Shown one piece after another: positions 19,533 to 29,559 of a DNA stretch of 63,333 bases (positions are counted from its first letter, which is position 1; every line of letters starts with the position of its first letter). The translations under genes were made by a program, and so were the position numbers. The stretch is from a bacterium (lineage in GTDB: Bacteria; UBP15; UBA6099; JAJRTR01), in NCBI GenBank assembly GCA_024278215.1, contig JAJRTR010000038.1, forward strand, positions 1-63,333, in the 5' to 3' direction. Below the pieces are notes generated by a model, which was not told the origin of the DNA, ran no database searches, and worked only from the letters and a program-made list of their open reading frames with translations.

Positions 19533-19810
19533 GTGTTGAATTTTATCACTTTTTATATCAAAAATCCACAGTCTTTTTGTATATGTGGTGTGCGATAAAA
19601 ACGTGGATTTCGAGTGTACAGTATTGAAAATGCGTGAAAACAGAGTTGCTTGTGTCATACACTGCCAAAAAAGGGCTGGGCTCGATTGTTGTTTTTGACT
19701 GGAGTTTTCAATTTCATTTGTGTAAAATTGCGAAATCGTATGATTTCAATTTTTTGACTTTTTAATCTGTTGTCGCGATTGTTTTCTATTTTGAGCCGGG
19801 TAAACCATAA

Positions 19811-20863
19811 ATGGTATCAGTTGAATTCGAAAGTGTGGTAAAGCGATTCGGCTCGACGGTCGCTGTGGACCGTGTATCGCTGAAGATAAACGAAGGCGAG
19901 CTCTTTTTTCTGCTGGGGCCGTCGGGTTGCGGAAAGACAACCTGTCTGCGCATGGTCGCCGGTTTTATTTCGCCCGACGGCGGTTGCCTTACATTCGACG
20001 GACACGATATCGGCAATATGCCACCGCATCGTCGCAATGTCGGCATGGTTTTCCAGACTTACGCGCTTTTTCCTCACATGACGGTCGAACAGAATGTTGC
20101 ATACGGGTTGCGTTTCCGCAAGGTAGGTGCTGCCGACAGGAAAAGGAGAACGGCGGAGATTCTCGAACGAACCCGGCTCGAGGGGCTCGGAAAACGGCTG
20201 CCCGCGCAACTTTCCGGCGGACAGCAGCAGCGTGTCGCTCTGGCCCGCGCTCTCGTGATACAGCCCGATGTTCTCCTGCTCGACGAGCCTCTCAGTAACC
20301 TCGACACGCGGCTCCGCATCGAGGTGCGCGAAGAGATAAAAAAGATACACGAAGAGTTTCGGATAACTGCGCTGTATGTCACCCACGATCAGGACGAAGC
20401 GCTTTCACTGGCGGACCGGCTCGCAGTGATGCGCGACGGCCGCATCGAACAGATGGGAACGCCCGAAGATATTTACGCGCGGCCCGCAAACGCTTTTGTC
20501 GCGGGCTTCGTGGGCGACACCAATATCTTGAGTGCGGCCCCCGCCGTGCGTGATGGCACGTCCGGCATCGACACGCCTGCGGGCTGGGTGCCGATTGGCG
20601 ACAACGCCGGTTACGCGCTGCCGGTAGGTGAGTTCGACATATCTGTGCGGCCCGAATCAGTGAAGCTCGCCGACCCGTCGGAGTGCGACGCGGCGGGCAC
20701 TGTGCGCAGCATCGACTTCTTCGGCAGCACAGCGCGTATCATTCTGGAACTGGACAACGGCCTGGAGTTGAGCGCGCTGGCCGTGGGGCCGTCCACGCGC
20801 TGGAAAAAAGGAAGCCGCGCGGGCATCAGGCTGGAGGCGGGCGATGTCGTTATCCTCAAGTGA
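19811..20863 (+). CDS. ABC transporter ATPase (Fe3+/polyamine class)
   Basis: GPSGCGKT, LSGGQQQR, LLLDEP, HDQ; C-terminal TOBE-like region. Confidence 0.92.
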   Translation: MVSVEFESVVKRFGSTVAVDRVSLKINEGELFFLLGPSGCGKTTCLRMVAGFISPDGGCLTFDGHDIGNMPPHRRNVGMVFQTYALFPHMTVEQNVAYGLRFRKVGAADRKRRTAEILERTRLEGLGKRLPAQLSGGQQQRVALARALVIQPDVLLLDEPLSNLDTRLRIEVREEIKKIHEEFRITALYVTHDQDEALSLADRLAVMRDGRIEQMGTPEDIYARPANAFVAGFVGDTNILSAAPAVRDGTSGIDTPAGWVPIGDNAGYALPVGEFDISVRPESVKLADPSECDAAGTVRSIDFFGSTARIILELDNGLELSALAVGPSTRWKKGSRAGIRLEAGDVVILK

Positions 20864-22541
20864 GCGCCCTGCGGCAGGCACATACGCGGGCACAGCGGCG
20901 ATCGTGGCCTTCTTTCTTGTTTTCCTTTTCTATCCGCTCCTTTATGTGTTCAGAAAATCGTTCATCATCGACGGCGGTTTTTCCATGACGTTTTTCAGGC
21001 AGCTTCTGGAAAACCCGGTGATGCGCGAAAGCATCGTCAACAGCCTTGTGATCGGGGCGACTGTGACGATAATTTCAGCCGGCCTCGGTTTTCTTTTCGC
21101 CACGCTGATGGTAAAGACCGACATGCCGTTCAAAGGTTTGTGGGGCAACATGCTGCTCGCGCCGATTATCCTGCCGCCTTTCGTCGCGGCGATCGGCGTA
21201 AAATATATATTCGGCAAATTCGGCATGGTCAATTCGCTGCTCATGCAACTGGATATGATCGAACCGCGCCACCCTATCGACTGGCTCGGACAGCCTTTCT
21301 GGGGCGTTGTTATACTCGAGGCGCTCCACCTGTTTCCCATAATGTACCTCAATATAGTCGGCTCGTTTTCGCTTATAGACCCGTCGCTGGAGGAAGCCGC
21401 GCGCGGACTGGGAGCGAAAGGGCTGTCTCTTTTCCGCTCCATAACGATGCCGCTGCTCGCGCCGGGTTTTTTCGCGGGCTCTTCCATCGTGTTTATCTGG
21501 GCCTTCACCGATCTGGGCACACCGCTGCTGTTCGAGTACCGCGCGGTGGCGCCGGTGCAGATTTTAAACGCGGTGCAGGCGGCCCAGGTGAATCCCATAG
21601 GCTATGCGCTGGTCGTCGTGGTACTGGCGGTGACGGTGATATTCTTCGCGGCTTCGAAATTCATGTTCGGGCATCGTCGGTTCGAGATGGCGGCGTTCGG
21701 TCGCACTTCGGGCACGCTGACGCGACTTTCGCCGCTCGTAAAATTGTTGCTGGTTGTCTTCATGACGGCATTTGTGCTCGTCTCGATTATCCCGCATATA
21801 AGTGTTGCCTTGGTCTCATTCTCACAAGATTGGTTTATGACTGTGCTGCCGGATGCCTGGACCACCGAGTTCTACGCCAAAGTGTTTTCCCACCCCATTG
21901 CCGCGTTGTCAATGAAAAACAGCATGTTGTTCAGCAGTCTGAGCGTGATACTCGTGCTTGTGATGGGTGGCGTCATAGCGTACTACCTGGCAAGGAAGAA
22001 GTTCAGGGGTAAGGAAGTGCTCGACGCATGCGCCATGCTGCCGCTTGCAGTGCCCGGTGTTGTGCTCGCGTTCGGCTATGTGCAATGTTTTTTCGGCACG
22101 CCGATAGACCCACGAATGAACCCGGTGGTGCTTCTGGTGATCAGCTATGCGGTGCGGCGACTGCCGCTCGTCGTGCGCGCACTGTACGCGGGCTTCCAGC
22201 AGTCGAGCGTCACACTCGAGGAAGCGTCTCAGTGCCTCGGCGCGTCGCCGGGCACCACACTGCGCCTGATCACGTTTCCGCTCATCCGGGCCAACTTCCT
22301 CGGCGCGGCAATTCTCGCATTCGCATTCAGCATGCTCGAAGTCAGCGACAGCCTGATACTCGCCATGCAGGAGAAGTTCTACCCGATGACAAAAGCGATA
22401 TACATGCTTGCGGGCAGACTTGGCGACGGCGGCTACATCGCCAGTGCGATGGGGATGTTGGGGGTGCTGCTGCTCGCAGGAGCCATCATGATCGCCCAGC
22501 GCCTCATCGGCAGCCGCATGGGCGACCTCTTCAGAGCCTGA
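20844..22541 (+). CDS. Iron(III)-type ABC permease (duplicated)
   Basis: Many TM helices with two EAA motifs (LEEAARGLGA, LEEASQCLGA). Confidence 0.9.
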   Translation: MSLSSSERPAAGTYAGTAAIVAFFLVFLFYPLLYVFRKSFIIDGGFSMTFFRQLLENPVMRESIVNSLVIGATVTIISAGLGFLFATLMVKTDMPFKGLWGNMLLAPIILPPFVAAIGVKYIFGKFGMVNSLLMQLDMIEPRHPIDWLGQPFWGVVILEALHLFPIMYLNIVGSFSLIDPSLEEAARGLGAKGLSLFRSITMPLLAPGFFAGSSIVFIWAFTDLGTPLLFEYRAVAPVQILNAVQAAQVNPIGYALVVVVLAVTVIFFAASKFMFGHRRFEMAAFGRTSGTLTRLSPLVKLLLVVFMTAFVLVSIIPHISVALVSFSQDWFMTVLPDAWTTEFYAKVFSHPIAALSMKNSMLFSSLSVILVLVMGGVIAYYLARKKFRGKEVLDACAMLPLAVPGVVLAFGYVQCFFGTPIDPRMNPVVLLVISYAVRRLPLVVRALYAGFQQSSVTLEEASQCLGASPGTTLRLITFPLIRANFLGAAILAFAFSMLEVSDSLILAMQEKFYPMTKAIYMLAGRLGDGGYIASAMGMLGVLLLAGAIMIAQRLIGSRMGDLFRA

Positions 22542-22597
22542 TCGAGTTCCAACGCCTGATTCGGCACAGTCGAAACTCGGAATTCGATAGTTTTATC

Positions 22598-25500
22598 TCA
22601 CCCGGAGAAATCGACATTGCGGATTAGTTGAAGTGTGCATTGTTTGTCGCGGAGGCGGCGGATCATGGCTTCGTTGACGACTTCGCCCTCAGCCGCGAGA
22701 ATATTGCCCTCCGAGTCGGCGACATCTTTTTTCAGGCGCTTGCCGATGAGGTAGGCGAGTCGTTTGATGTGGGTGTCTTCGAGCTGGCTGCGGGTGGGAC
22801 CTACGCCGGAACCGCGTGCTGTGCTGCGGCTGGCGATCTTCAGCGGATTCTCCGGTCTCTGCCCGCCGAACAGACTGCTCAGGATTCCGCCTCCTGCGAA
22901 CATGCTCTCGAGGTCTGTCCTGAAGCCCTTGCTCAGGAGCTTTTCCATATTCTTGAGAATCGCTTTGAAACCCTTTTCCATTTCGATGTCGCGCCTGTCC
23001 AGATGGTCCTCGATGCGCTCGACGTAGTTGTCGATGACGTCGCCGACACGCGCCTCGATGCGTTCACGCAACCTGTCCATGTCCTTCATGCTCGCAAGTT
23101 CATTAAGTCCCGCATCTAGTGATTCGCGCACACTTTCGCGCAACTGTTTGAGCGTCTTCTCGATGTTTTCGTTCGAGCGCTTGATGGCCCATGCCTGATC
23201 CGATAATTTTTCGGACATCTTTCTGTCTATATCATCGCTCAGGCTGTCATGAAGTTCGGCGCTTTTTTCAGCGATTACCTGCCGCAACTGCCGGAGTGTT
23301 TCTTCCGGGTCGCCACCTGCGGCACCGATCATTTCTTCGATGCTGTTGCGCAACTCATTTATTTTATCGGCGTTGTTTTGCGTCACATCGTTCGCCTTCG
23401 CGCCGACTTCGTCGATAATCCTGTCGCGGACTTCGTCGAGCCTGCCCGGCAGCCCGCTGATTATTTCCTTTGTCGCGTCGTCATCTGCCGGTGCCGTCTC
23501 CGAGAGTTTGCTTTCAATTTCCGACATCAGCCTGTCGGCATTTTCCTGCGTGAATATTTTCATGCTGTCGAGTTTTTCACCTGTTGTGCTGTTTATGCCG
23601 CGCCCGAGGTCGTCCAACTGCGATGAAATACGGTCGCTCAGTTGCGTAATGTCATCACTCGACGCGGCTCCAGCGAATTGGGCACCCTGTGAAAGAAACT
23701 CCCTGATGCCTGCCGCCATATCAGAATACCCCGACACGCTCTCTTCGAGCCGTTCGCGCAGGCCGCCCGTCAGCGCTTCGGTTTTCGTCTCGAGTCGTCC
23801 CGCCGCGTCGTCGATTTTCGACAGTAGTTCGGTTTTAATATTTTCGAGATCGGCGGTTGTCGCGCCGCCGGATTTCTGCAACGCGCCGGCAATGCTTTCA
23901 TCAATCATCCGGGCTATTTCAGCGACGCCGGGCAACGATACTTCTTCAGTTACCGCCGCGCTTTCCAGAAGGTCGCCGACTGTTTCAGTCACCGCGGCGG
24001 CGAGTTCTTCGCGCAACGCGCCGATCTGCTCTTCCGTAATCACTGCCGTCGCTTCGCCGGGGGCCGCACTGCCTGTTCCCGCCGCGATTTTCGATATTGC
24101 CTCCTCGACGGATTGTTTAAGTTTCTCGACTTTCCCGGTAAGTTTCTCGTCCAGTGTTTTCAACTGTTCACGGTTGTCCAGAGTGAGTGTATTCAGTACG
24201 TCGACGACAGTGTTGATCTCATCGACGAGTGATTCTGTGATGTTTTCCGTATCTGCGCTGTTGCCGTCCGGCAATTTCTCCGCGAAGTTTTGCATCAATT
24301 CTCTAAGCCCGTCTATGTCTTCGGATTTCGCTGAGGCCGCCGTCGCATCCCGTACAGCCTCGATAAGTTCGGCTTTCAACTTTTCGAGAGTTTCCGCATC
24401 GACCGCATCGCCCTGCGCCGACGACGGACCGGCGGGCTGCGCATCGTCCGCGCTTTCTTCCGGCGCGATATAACCCATTATTTCCTGCTGTATCTTTTCA
24501 ATATCTTCAGACTTCAGCATCAATTCCGTCATCGACTTGAGGTCTTCATGGAAAGCGCTTATCTTTTCAACGATAATGCCTGCCGTCTCTTTATCTTCCA
24601 TGTCGGATTGCGTTGCAGAATATAGTGTCGTTTTATCGAGCCAGCCGCGGATAACCTCGAGGTCCTGCTTGCGCAAAGCGCCTTCTCCAAACTCTGCGAA
24701 TTGTGCCAGGAGATCATTTTTCAGTGATTCGAGATGCTCGATTCCTACACCAGCCGGAGTCGGCGCGCCGGTCGCGGTTTTTTCCATCAATTCGTCGATC
24801 CGGTTCCTTATGGATTCGAGGTCATCCTTCCTGATAAAGTTGTCGAGGTACATCTCCAGCCTGCCGATTATCTCCTGTTTCGCTTCTCCCAGCAGTTGCT
24901 CTGTCACGGTGTTTTTCGAGTCTGTGTTTTCCAGTGACTGCCGCACTTCGCCCAGTATCTGCCTTATTTCCGCAAGGGCGTCCGCACCTGTATTGTTGTC
25001 GCCGCCTATCGCAGCAATCATATCCGCCAGTTCGTTTCTCAGGTTTTCGATGTGCGATACTTTCACAGAGTTTTCGTCTTCGACAGGCTGCGCGGGCGCG
25101 TACTCCGCCAGCCACTGCCGTATCACAGAAAGGTTTTCCTCTTTAAGACCTGTTTCGGACGCAACGCCGACAGCATCAATAATTTCTGTTTTAACCTTAT
25201 CGAGCAGTTCCTCTATATCAGGCTTACCGGCATCTTTTTCTTCAGCGCCGAGCGCAAATTCATCTATCCATTGCCGGACCGGAGCAAGGTCTTCTTTCTT
25301 CAGAACGGATTCGGAAATGTCGGAAATAATGCTTTCGATCTTTTTTATTTTTTCGTTCAATTCAGCAGCATGTTGCGCTTCGAGTTCCATGCGATGCGCG
25401 ATGCGCGATTCGAGCAGATTCCTTATCGAGTTTTCGATTATTGTTTGCTGATCGTCAATGTCCTGGGCAAGTTTGTTGTGCCGTTTTTCAGCGTTTTTCG

Positions 25501-27190
25501 CCATGTTGTCGAGCTTGCTGCCGAGTTCGAGAGCGTATGTCTTCATGTTTTCCATCAACCCGGCCATCAACCCGGCGAGTTCTTTGCCGCTGTTGCTTTC
25601 GACAGCATTTTTGAGTTCTTCCATCGTCTTGTTCTGCGTCTGGAACGCTTCGGAAAGTGTGTCGACAACAGCGTCGACCGCGCCTTCGTTTTCTTCGTCC
25701 ATTTTGCTCGCGAGTGAACGGATTTCGCCGATAATATTTTTCGACACGCCGCCGAGGGCTTCATCTTTAAGCCCGGAGATGATCTTTCCAGCAAGGTCGT
25801 CGAACATGATGGCTGCTGTGTCGGAATCCAGTAGTTGAGACGCGCCGTCGGCTGCACCAAGTGCACCGGCGATACGGTCCAGCTCGGATGTAACCATCGA
25901 ATTTATTGCCTTCGTCCGCTCTTCGTTCCTGTTGCTGAAATCGAGAAGTTGTTTCTTGAATTCTTCGGTCGTTATAGCTTTGTCCTCGAAGTTTTTCACT
26001 ACCTCGATAACAGGCGCGGCAAGTTCGGCGGCCAGTTTCTCCGGGTCCGGTCGTTCTTCCTCAAGTTTCTGTTTCACAGCATCGACTGTTTCGTCCAATT
26101 TCCGTCCGAGCGATTCGGCAATCTCCTTTATCGGGGCGGTATCAATCTGCGGGGCTTCCTGTCCGGTCGCGGCAAGTTCGTCTGTTTTTTCTATCAGCTT
26201 ACTCAGCATGGATTCAATGTTCGCAAGCGATTCCTTAACATTGTCGATGGGAGCCGTCGCGCCGATCGTGATCTTTTCCTCGAGCAGCATCTCCATGGCG
26301 CGTGCTTCCTGGTCGAGTTCATCTTCATCGACGGTTTTTTCATTTTGTGCGCGGAGCGCATCGAGTATTTCCTCCTTGAAGCTTTCCAGCGACTGCGCCG
26401 GGGCAAAGTCACTTATCCGCTCGAGCATTGCGCCCGACATTTCCTCGAACAATTCCCTGACAGCGCCTTTTATATCGTCTGTCGTGGGCACCTCCGGCAA
26501 CTCGATTCGGGGCATCAACGGCGCGGGGATTGTTTCCGGCGCGTGATGCGTGGCCTGCATGGACGAGCTTTCGGGCATTGCGGCAACTTCAGGTTGTGAT
26601 GTTGTCGTAGCAGTCGGTGTCGCCTGCGTGGGCTGTTCGACAGGTGAGGTAGCAGGGGCCGGCTGTTGGGCGGGGCGAGGAGGTGCAGGCGCTTCAACAG
26701 CATCGTCGTCGTCGATTTTTTCTGTGAGTGCGTCTGCGTTGACGATGATCCGCTCCTGCGTGATTTTCATGATGTGGCGACCGGCGACCTTTTCCACATC
26801 CTTGTCGGGTATCAGCGAAAGCCTTTCGATCACACCGTCTTTTTCACTTATTGCGAAATCATGCACCGTTCCCATCAGCATTCCCGTGTCGGTGATAACC
26901 TGTGCTCCGGCGACTGCTATGTCTTTGAGAAAAGTGTTCAGAAGCTCCGGGACATCGGACAACTTCAACGGCGATGACAGATTCTCGGTGATTACGGCGT
27001 TCGAATAGACACTTTTAACATAAGAATACGGAACCACATCAAGCGAACTCTGCCCCTCGGCGGGTGCGAGTATGAAAGCTGTCACCCGCTTCTCGTCGGG
27101 CTCGATCACATAACCCTTGATCTGCCCCATCTTTTCGTTCTTGTCCGAATTGATTACCGGTTTGTTCAGCAGTACGAGACTGTAAACCAT
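22598..27190 (-). CDS. ~1530-aa PRC-barrel protein with long acidic coiled-coil body
   Basis: ATG at 27190 with GAGGGG RBS; two N-terminal PRC-like units (PVINSDKNEKMGQI; QVITDTGMLMGTVHD), Pro-rich linker, helical repeats, C-terminal LIGKRLKKDVADSEGNILAAEGE. Confidence 0.75.
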   Translation of the reverse strand: MVYSLVLLNKPVINSDKNEKMGQIKGYVIEPDEKRVTAFILAPAEGQSSLDVVPYSYVKSVYSNAVITENLSSPLKLSDVPELLNTFLKDIAVAGAQVITDTGMLMGTVHDFAISEKDGVIERLSLIPDKDVEKVAGRHIMKITQERIIVNADALTEKIDDDDAVEAPAPPRPAQQPAPATSPVEQPTQATPTATTTSQPEVAAMPESSSMQATHHAPETIPAPLMPRIELPEVPTTDDIKGAVRELFEEMSGAMLERISDFAPAQSLESFKEEILDALRAQNEKTVDEDELDQEARAMEMLLEEKITIGATAPIDNVKESLANIESMLSKLIEKTDELAATGQEAPQIDTAPIKEIAESLGRKLDETVDAVKQKLEEERPDPEKLAAELAAPVIEVVKNFEDKAITTEEFKKQLLDFSNRNEERTKAINSMVTSELDRIAGALGAADGASQLLDSDTAAIMFDDLAGKIISGLKDEALGGVSKNIIGEIRSLASKMDEENEGAVDAVVDTLSEAFQTQNKTMEELKNAVESNSGKELAGLMAGLMENMKTYALELGSKLDNMAKNAEKRHNKLAQDIDDQQTIIENSIRNLLESRIAHRMELEAQHAAELNEKIKKIESIISDISESVLKKEDLAPVRQWIDEFALGAEEKDAGKPDIEELLDKVKTEIIDAVGVASETGLKEENLSVIRQWLAEYAPAQPVEDENSVKVSHIENLRNELADMIAAIGGDNNTGADALAEIRQILGEVRQSLENTDSKNTVTEQLLGEAKQEIIGRLEMYLDNFIRKDDLESIRNRIDELMEKTATGAPTPAGVGIEHLESLKNDLLAQFAEFGEGALRKQDLEVIRGWLDKTTLYSATQSDMEDKETAGIIVEKISAFHEDLKSMTELMLKSEDIEKIQQEIMGYIAPEESADDAQPAGPSSAQGDAVDAETLEKLKAELIEAVRDATAASAKSEDIDGLRELMQNFAEKLPDGNSADTENITESLVDEINTVVDVLNTLTLDNREQLKTLDEKLTGKVEKLKQSVEEAISKIAAGTGSAAPGEATAVITEEQIGALREELAAAVTETVGDLLESAAVTEEVSLPGVAEIARMIDESIAGALQKSGGATTADLENIKTELLSKIDDAAGRLETKTEALTGGLRERLEESVSGYSDMAAGIREFLSQGAQFAGAASSDDITQLSDRISSQLDDLGRGINSTTGEKLDSMKIFTQENADRLMSEIESKLSETAPADDDATKEIISGLPGRLDEVRDRIIDEVGAKANDVTQNNADKINELRNSIEEMIGAAGGDPEETLRQLRQVIAEKSAELHDSLSDDIDRKMSEKLSDQAWAIKRSNENIEKTLKQLRESVRESLDAGLNELASMKDMDRLRERIEARVGDVIDNYVERIEDHLDRRDIEMEKGFKAILKNMEKLLSKGFRTDLESMFAGGGILSSLFGGQRPENPLKIASRSTARGSGVGPTRSQLEDTHIKRLAYLIGKRLKKDVADSEGNILAAEGEVVNEAMIRRLRDKQCTLQLIRNVDFSG

Positions 27191-27453
27191 GAGACCCCTC
27201 TTTTGCATGCTGATGCTTCCGGGCGTTTTGCATTCTACCGGAAACTCACGTTTCTGATGCGGCGCGAAAACCGCCCCTGTTCCTGCTCGAACTCCCCGGC
27301 TCGTGCATCGGGACTTTCCGGGCACGCAAATATAACAACGGCATTCCTGCCGGATTCCATTATAATATAGTATCCCTCACTTATGAACAACAGTTGTATT
27401 AACTTATTAAGATTCGCATAGCGCCCGAAGTAATTTGTCGTTTATGTATTCAG

Positions 27454-27921
27454 ATGCCGAATTTCCGTTTTATCCCCATTGCAGGTATAATCGGGATGGA
27501 CATGGAAAACAAACATAAAGACCGCTTCTGCCGCAATTGCGGCACAGCCCTTTCGGCCACATTCATCTTCTGCCCCGGATGCGGCAGGTCAATCGGGGCC
27601 GGCGATGCCGTTGCTGAAAAGCCGGTAGCTTCCGACGGCAGCGTGCCGGGTGGCGAAAAAAGACTGTCTCCCGATGCCGAAATGGTTATGCGGGAATTCG
27701 ACATGAAATTCCGGAAGCTGAAGGCGGACATGCAGAATCCCCTGCGAAACGGCATCCCGTTTATTACTCGTTCTCCTTTCAGCTACATCAAGGACCAGCG
27801 GATTGTTTTGTGGCTGACAGTATCTTCATTTGTGATCTTTTTCGCAATGATCGTCGGCTCTTATTACCTGATCGTAAGGTTTTTCTTACCGTACATAATG
27901 AGTATGCAGGCGATAGATTGA
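27454..27921 (+). CDS. Zinc-ribbon membrane protein (start probably 27496 or 27502)
   Basis: FCRNCG...FCPGCG; C-terminal TM helix. Confidence 0.75.
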   Translation: MPNFRFIPIAGIIGMDMENKHKDRFCRNCGTALSATFIFCPGCGRSIGAGDAVAEKPVASDGSVPGGEKRLSPDAEMVMREFDMKFRKLKADMQNPLRNGIPFITRSPFSYIKDQRIVLWLTVSSFVIFFAMIVGSYYLIVRFFLPYIMSMQAID

Positions 27922-27954
27922 TTCAACTATTAAATTCAGCAACAACACCTGGAG

Positions 27955-28416
27955 GTGCGAATCATGAAAACTTCGAAATGCTTTATCATTATCCTTTCAC
28001 TATCGGTAATCCTGTTTGCCGGATGTTCCGGAAAGAACAGTTCCGAGGCAAAAAATCTGCTTCGTGAAGGAATGAAATGCCATAATGCCGGCGACCTCGA
28101 ATGCGCAATGAAGAAATATCAGGCCGCACTCGATATTGAGGAAACCGCCGAAACATGGAACCTGCTCGGCATGGTCTACAGGTTCAAATATCTTAAAACG
28201 CAGAACGGTGAATGGCGCGACAAAGAGATAGAAGCATTCAAAAAGGCTGTCGAACTCGACGAAAAGTATGTTGTCGCTATAAAAAATCTCGGCGTGACAT
28301 ATTATCAGATCGGCGAAAAAACAAAAGCAGCCGGGCTTTTTCAGCGTGCTCTCGAACTCAATCCACACGACCCGGAAAAGGAACAACTCGAAAAGATGAT
28401 TTCAGAAGGAAAATAA
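27955..28416 (+). CDS. TPR lipoprotein (start probably 27964)
   Basis: Lipobox FAGC; WNLLGMVY, KNLGVTY, ALELNP TPR motifs. Confidence 0.85.
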   Translation: MRIMKTSKCFIIILSLSVILFAGCSGKNSSEAKNLLREGMKCHNAGDLECAMKKYQAALDIEETAETWNLLGMVYRFKYLKTQNGEWRDKEIEAFKKAVELDEKYVVAIKNLGVTYYQIGEKTKAAGLFQRALELNPHDPEKEQLEKMISEGK

Positions 28417-28476
28417 CACTTCGAGGCGCTGTTGATAAAGTCCGGTTTCCCTGAAAATAGCGTGTTTGAAACGGGT

Positions 28477-28503
28477 TAGCCCGCATATTTCACCAATGCG
28501 GGC
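28477..28503. repeat. Family 2 hairpin
   Basis: TAGCCCGCATATTTCACCAATGCGGGC. Confidence 0.65.
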
Positions 28504-28551
28504 AGGAATCGCTATGTTTGTTTTACGGTTGAATAACGGGTAAGAACAGAA

Positions 28552-29514
28552 ATGACAGGCACACTTTCACAATACATAGAAGGCCTGCTGGTCAGGAACG
28601 GTACCGCCTACCAGGGGCTGATAATATACCCGATCTGCCTGATAGCGCCTGAATTCGAGGTCACAGTCGGGGAAACGGCATCGCTCGGCGAAGCGCTGAA
28701 AAGAGGCTCGATTCACGTGTTGGAAACGGGTGAGATGGACAACATAAGAATAATAAACCGACGTGGCCGGACGGTTATTATCGACGGCGAGACATTGATC
28801 GGAGGCGCGCAGAACAGGATGATAAACGCCGGGGCCGTATTCGACGGAAAAGAAGAATCCGAGATGCCGTCGAGCTGTGTCGAAGTGCACAGGTGGGAAT
28901 GCGGCGGCGACAAAACGATTTTGCCCGGCAAGCGGCTGTTCCGTGATACGGATGTGGTATTCGGAAGCCTGAAGAGGCTGAAAATGACGGAATCCGTCCG
29001 TTCCCTGCACAAAGACAGGGCTATAAGCATCGACCAGCGCAAAGTGTGGAAACACATAGCGGAAGTTTTCGGTGTCAGCGGCGCGAAAACGAAAACACTC
29101 GATATGCACGATCTTTATGAATTCTGGGATAAGCCCCTGCATATTTTATCGAGACGCTTCACATTCACACGGCGGCAGGTAGGCACAATTTCATTTCTGG
29201 ACAAAAAAACGTGGTTTATCGACATATTCATGAATTCGGATATGCTGATGAAGAATTTCCGGAAAATCGTCCGCGCGTATTCTTTCGACGCGCTGATACA
29301 GGTCGAGCGCGGCAGATCGACCGAATATCTCAAAATGCCGTCGGTGCAAGACGCGCGGCAGGTGTTGAAAAGCCTTCGGCTCGCCAGGCTGCATGTGTTC
29401 GATGTGGACACTGCCGGTCGGCGCAAAAATCACTTCTTCTCCACAAACCGCTACTGCGGCACCGCCGTCATCGAAGGCGAAACCCTCATTCACCTCACAG
29501 CCTGCTCGAAGTGA
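28552..29514 (+). CDS. ARPP-1 / DUF6569-like protein
   Basis: DGETLIGGAQNR, SCVE..RW, QRKVW motifs. Confidence 0.7.
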   Translation: MTGTLSQYIEGLLVRNGTAYQGLIIYPICLIAPEFEVTVGETASLGEALKRGSIHVLETGEMDNIRIINRRGRTVIIDGETLIGGAQNRMINAGAVFDGKEESEMPSSCVEVHRWECGGDKTILPGKRLFRDTDVVFGSLKRLKMTESVRSLHKDRAISIDQRKVWKHIAEVFGVSGAKTKTLDMHDLYEFWDKPLHILSRRFTFTRRQVGTISFLDKKTWFIDIFMNSDMLMKNFRKIVRAYSFDALIQVERGRSTEYLKMPSVQDARQVLKSLRLARLHVFDVDTAGRRKNHFFSTNRYCGTAVIEGETLIHLTACSK

Positions 29515-29559
29515 AGTCGTTGTATTCCGGCGCTTCTCGCAATTCTATTGTTGCCGCGG

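Noticed and set aside
27191-27325. N-terminal 45 aa of the 1575-aa ORF
   Set aside because: A better RBS and the domain start lie at 27190.
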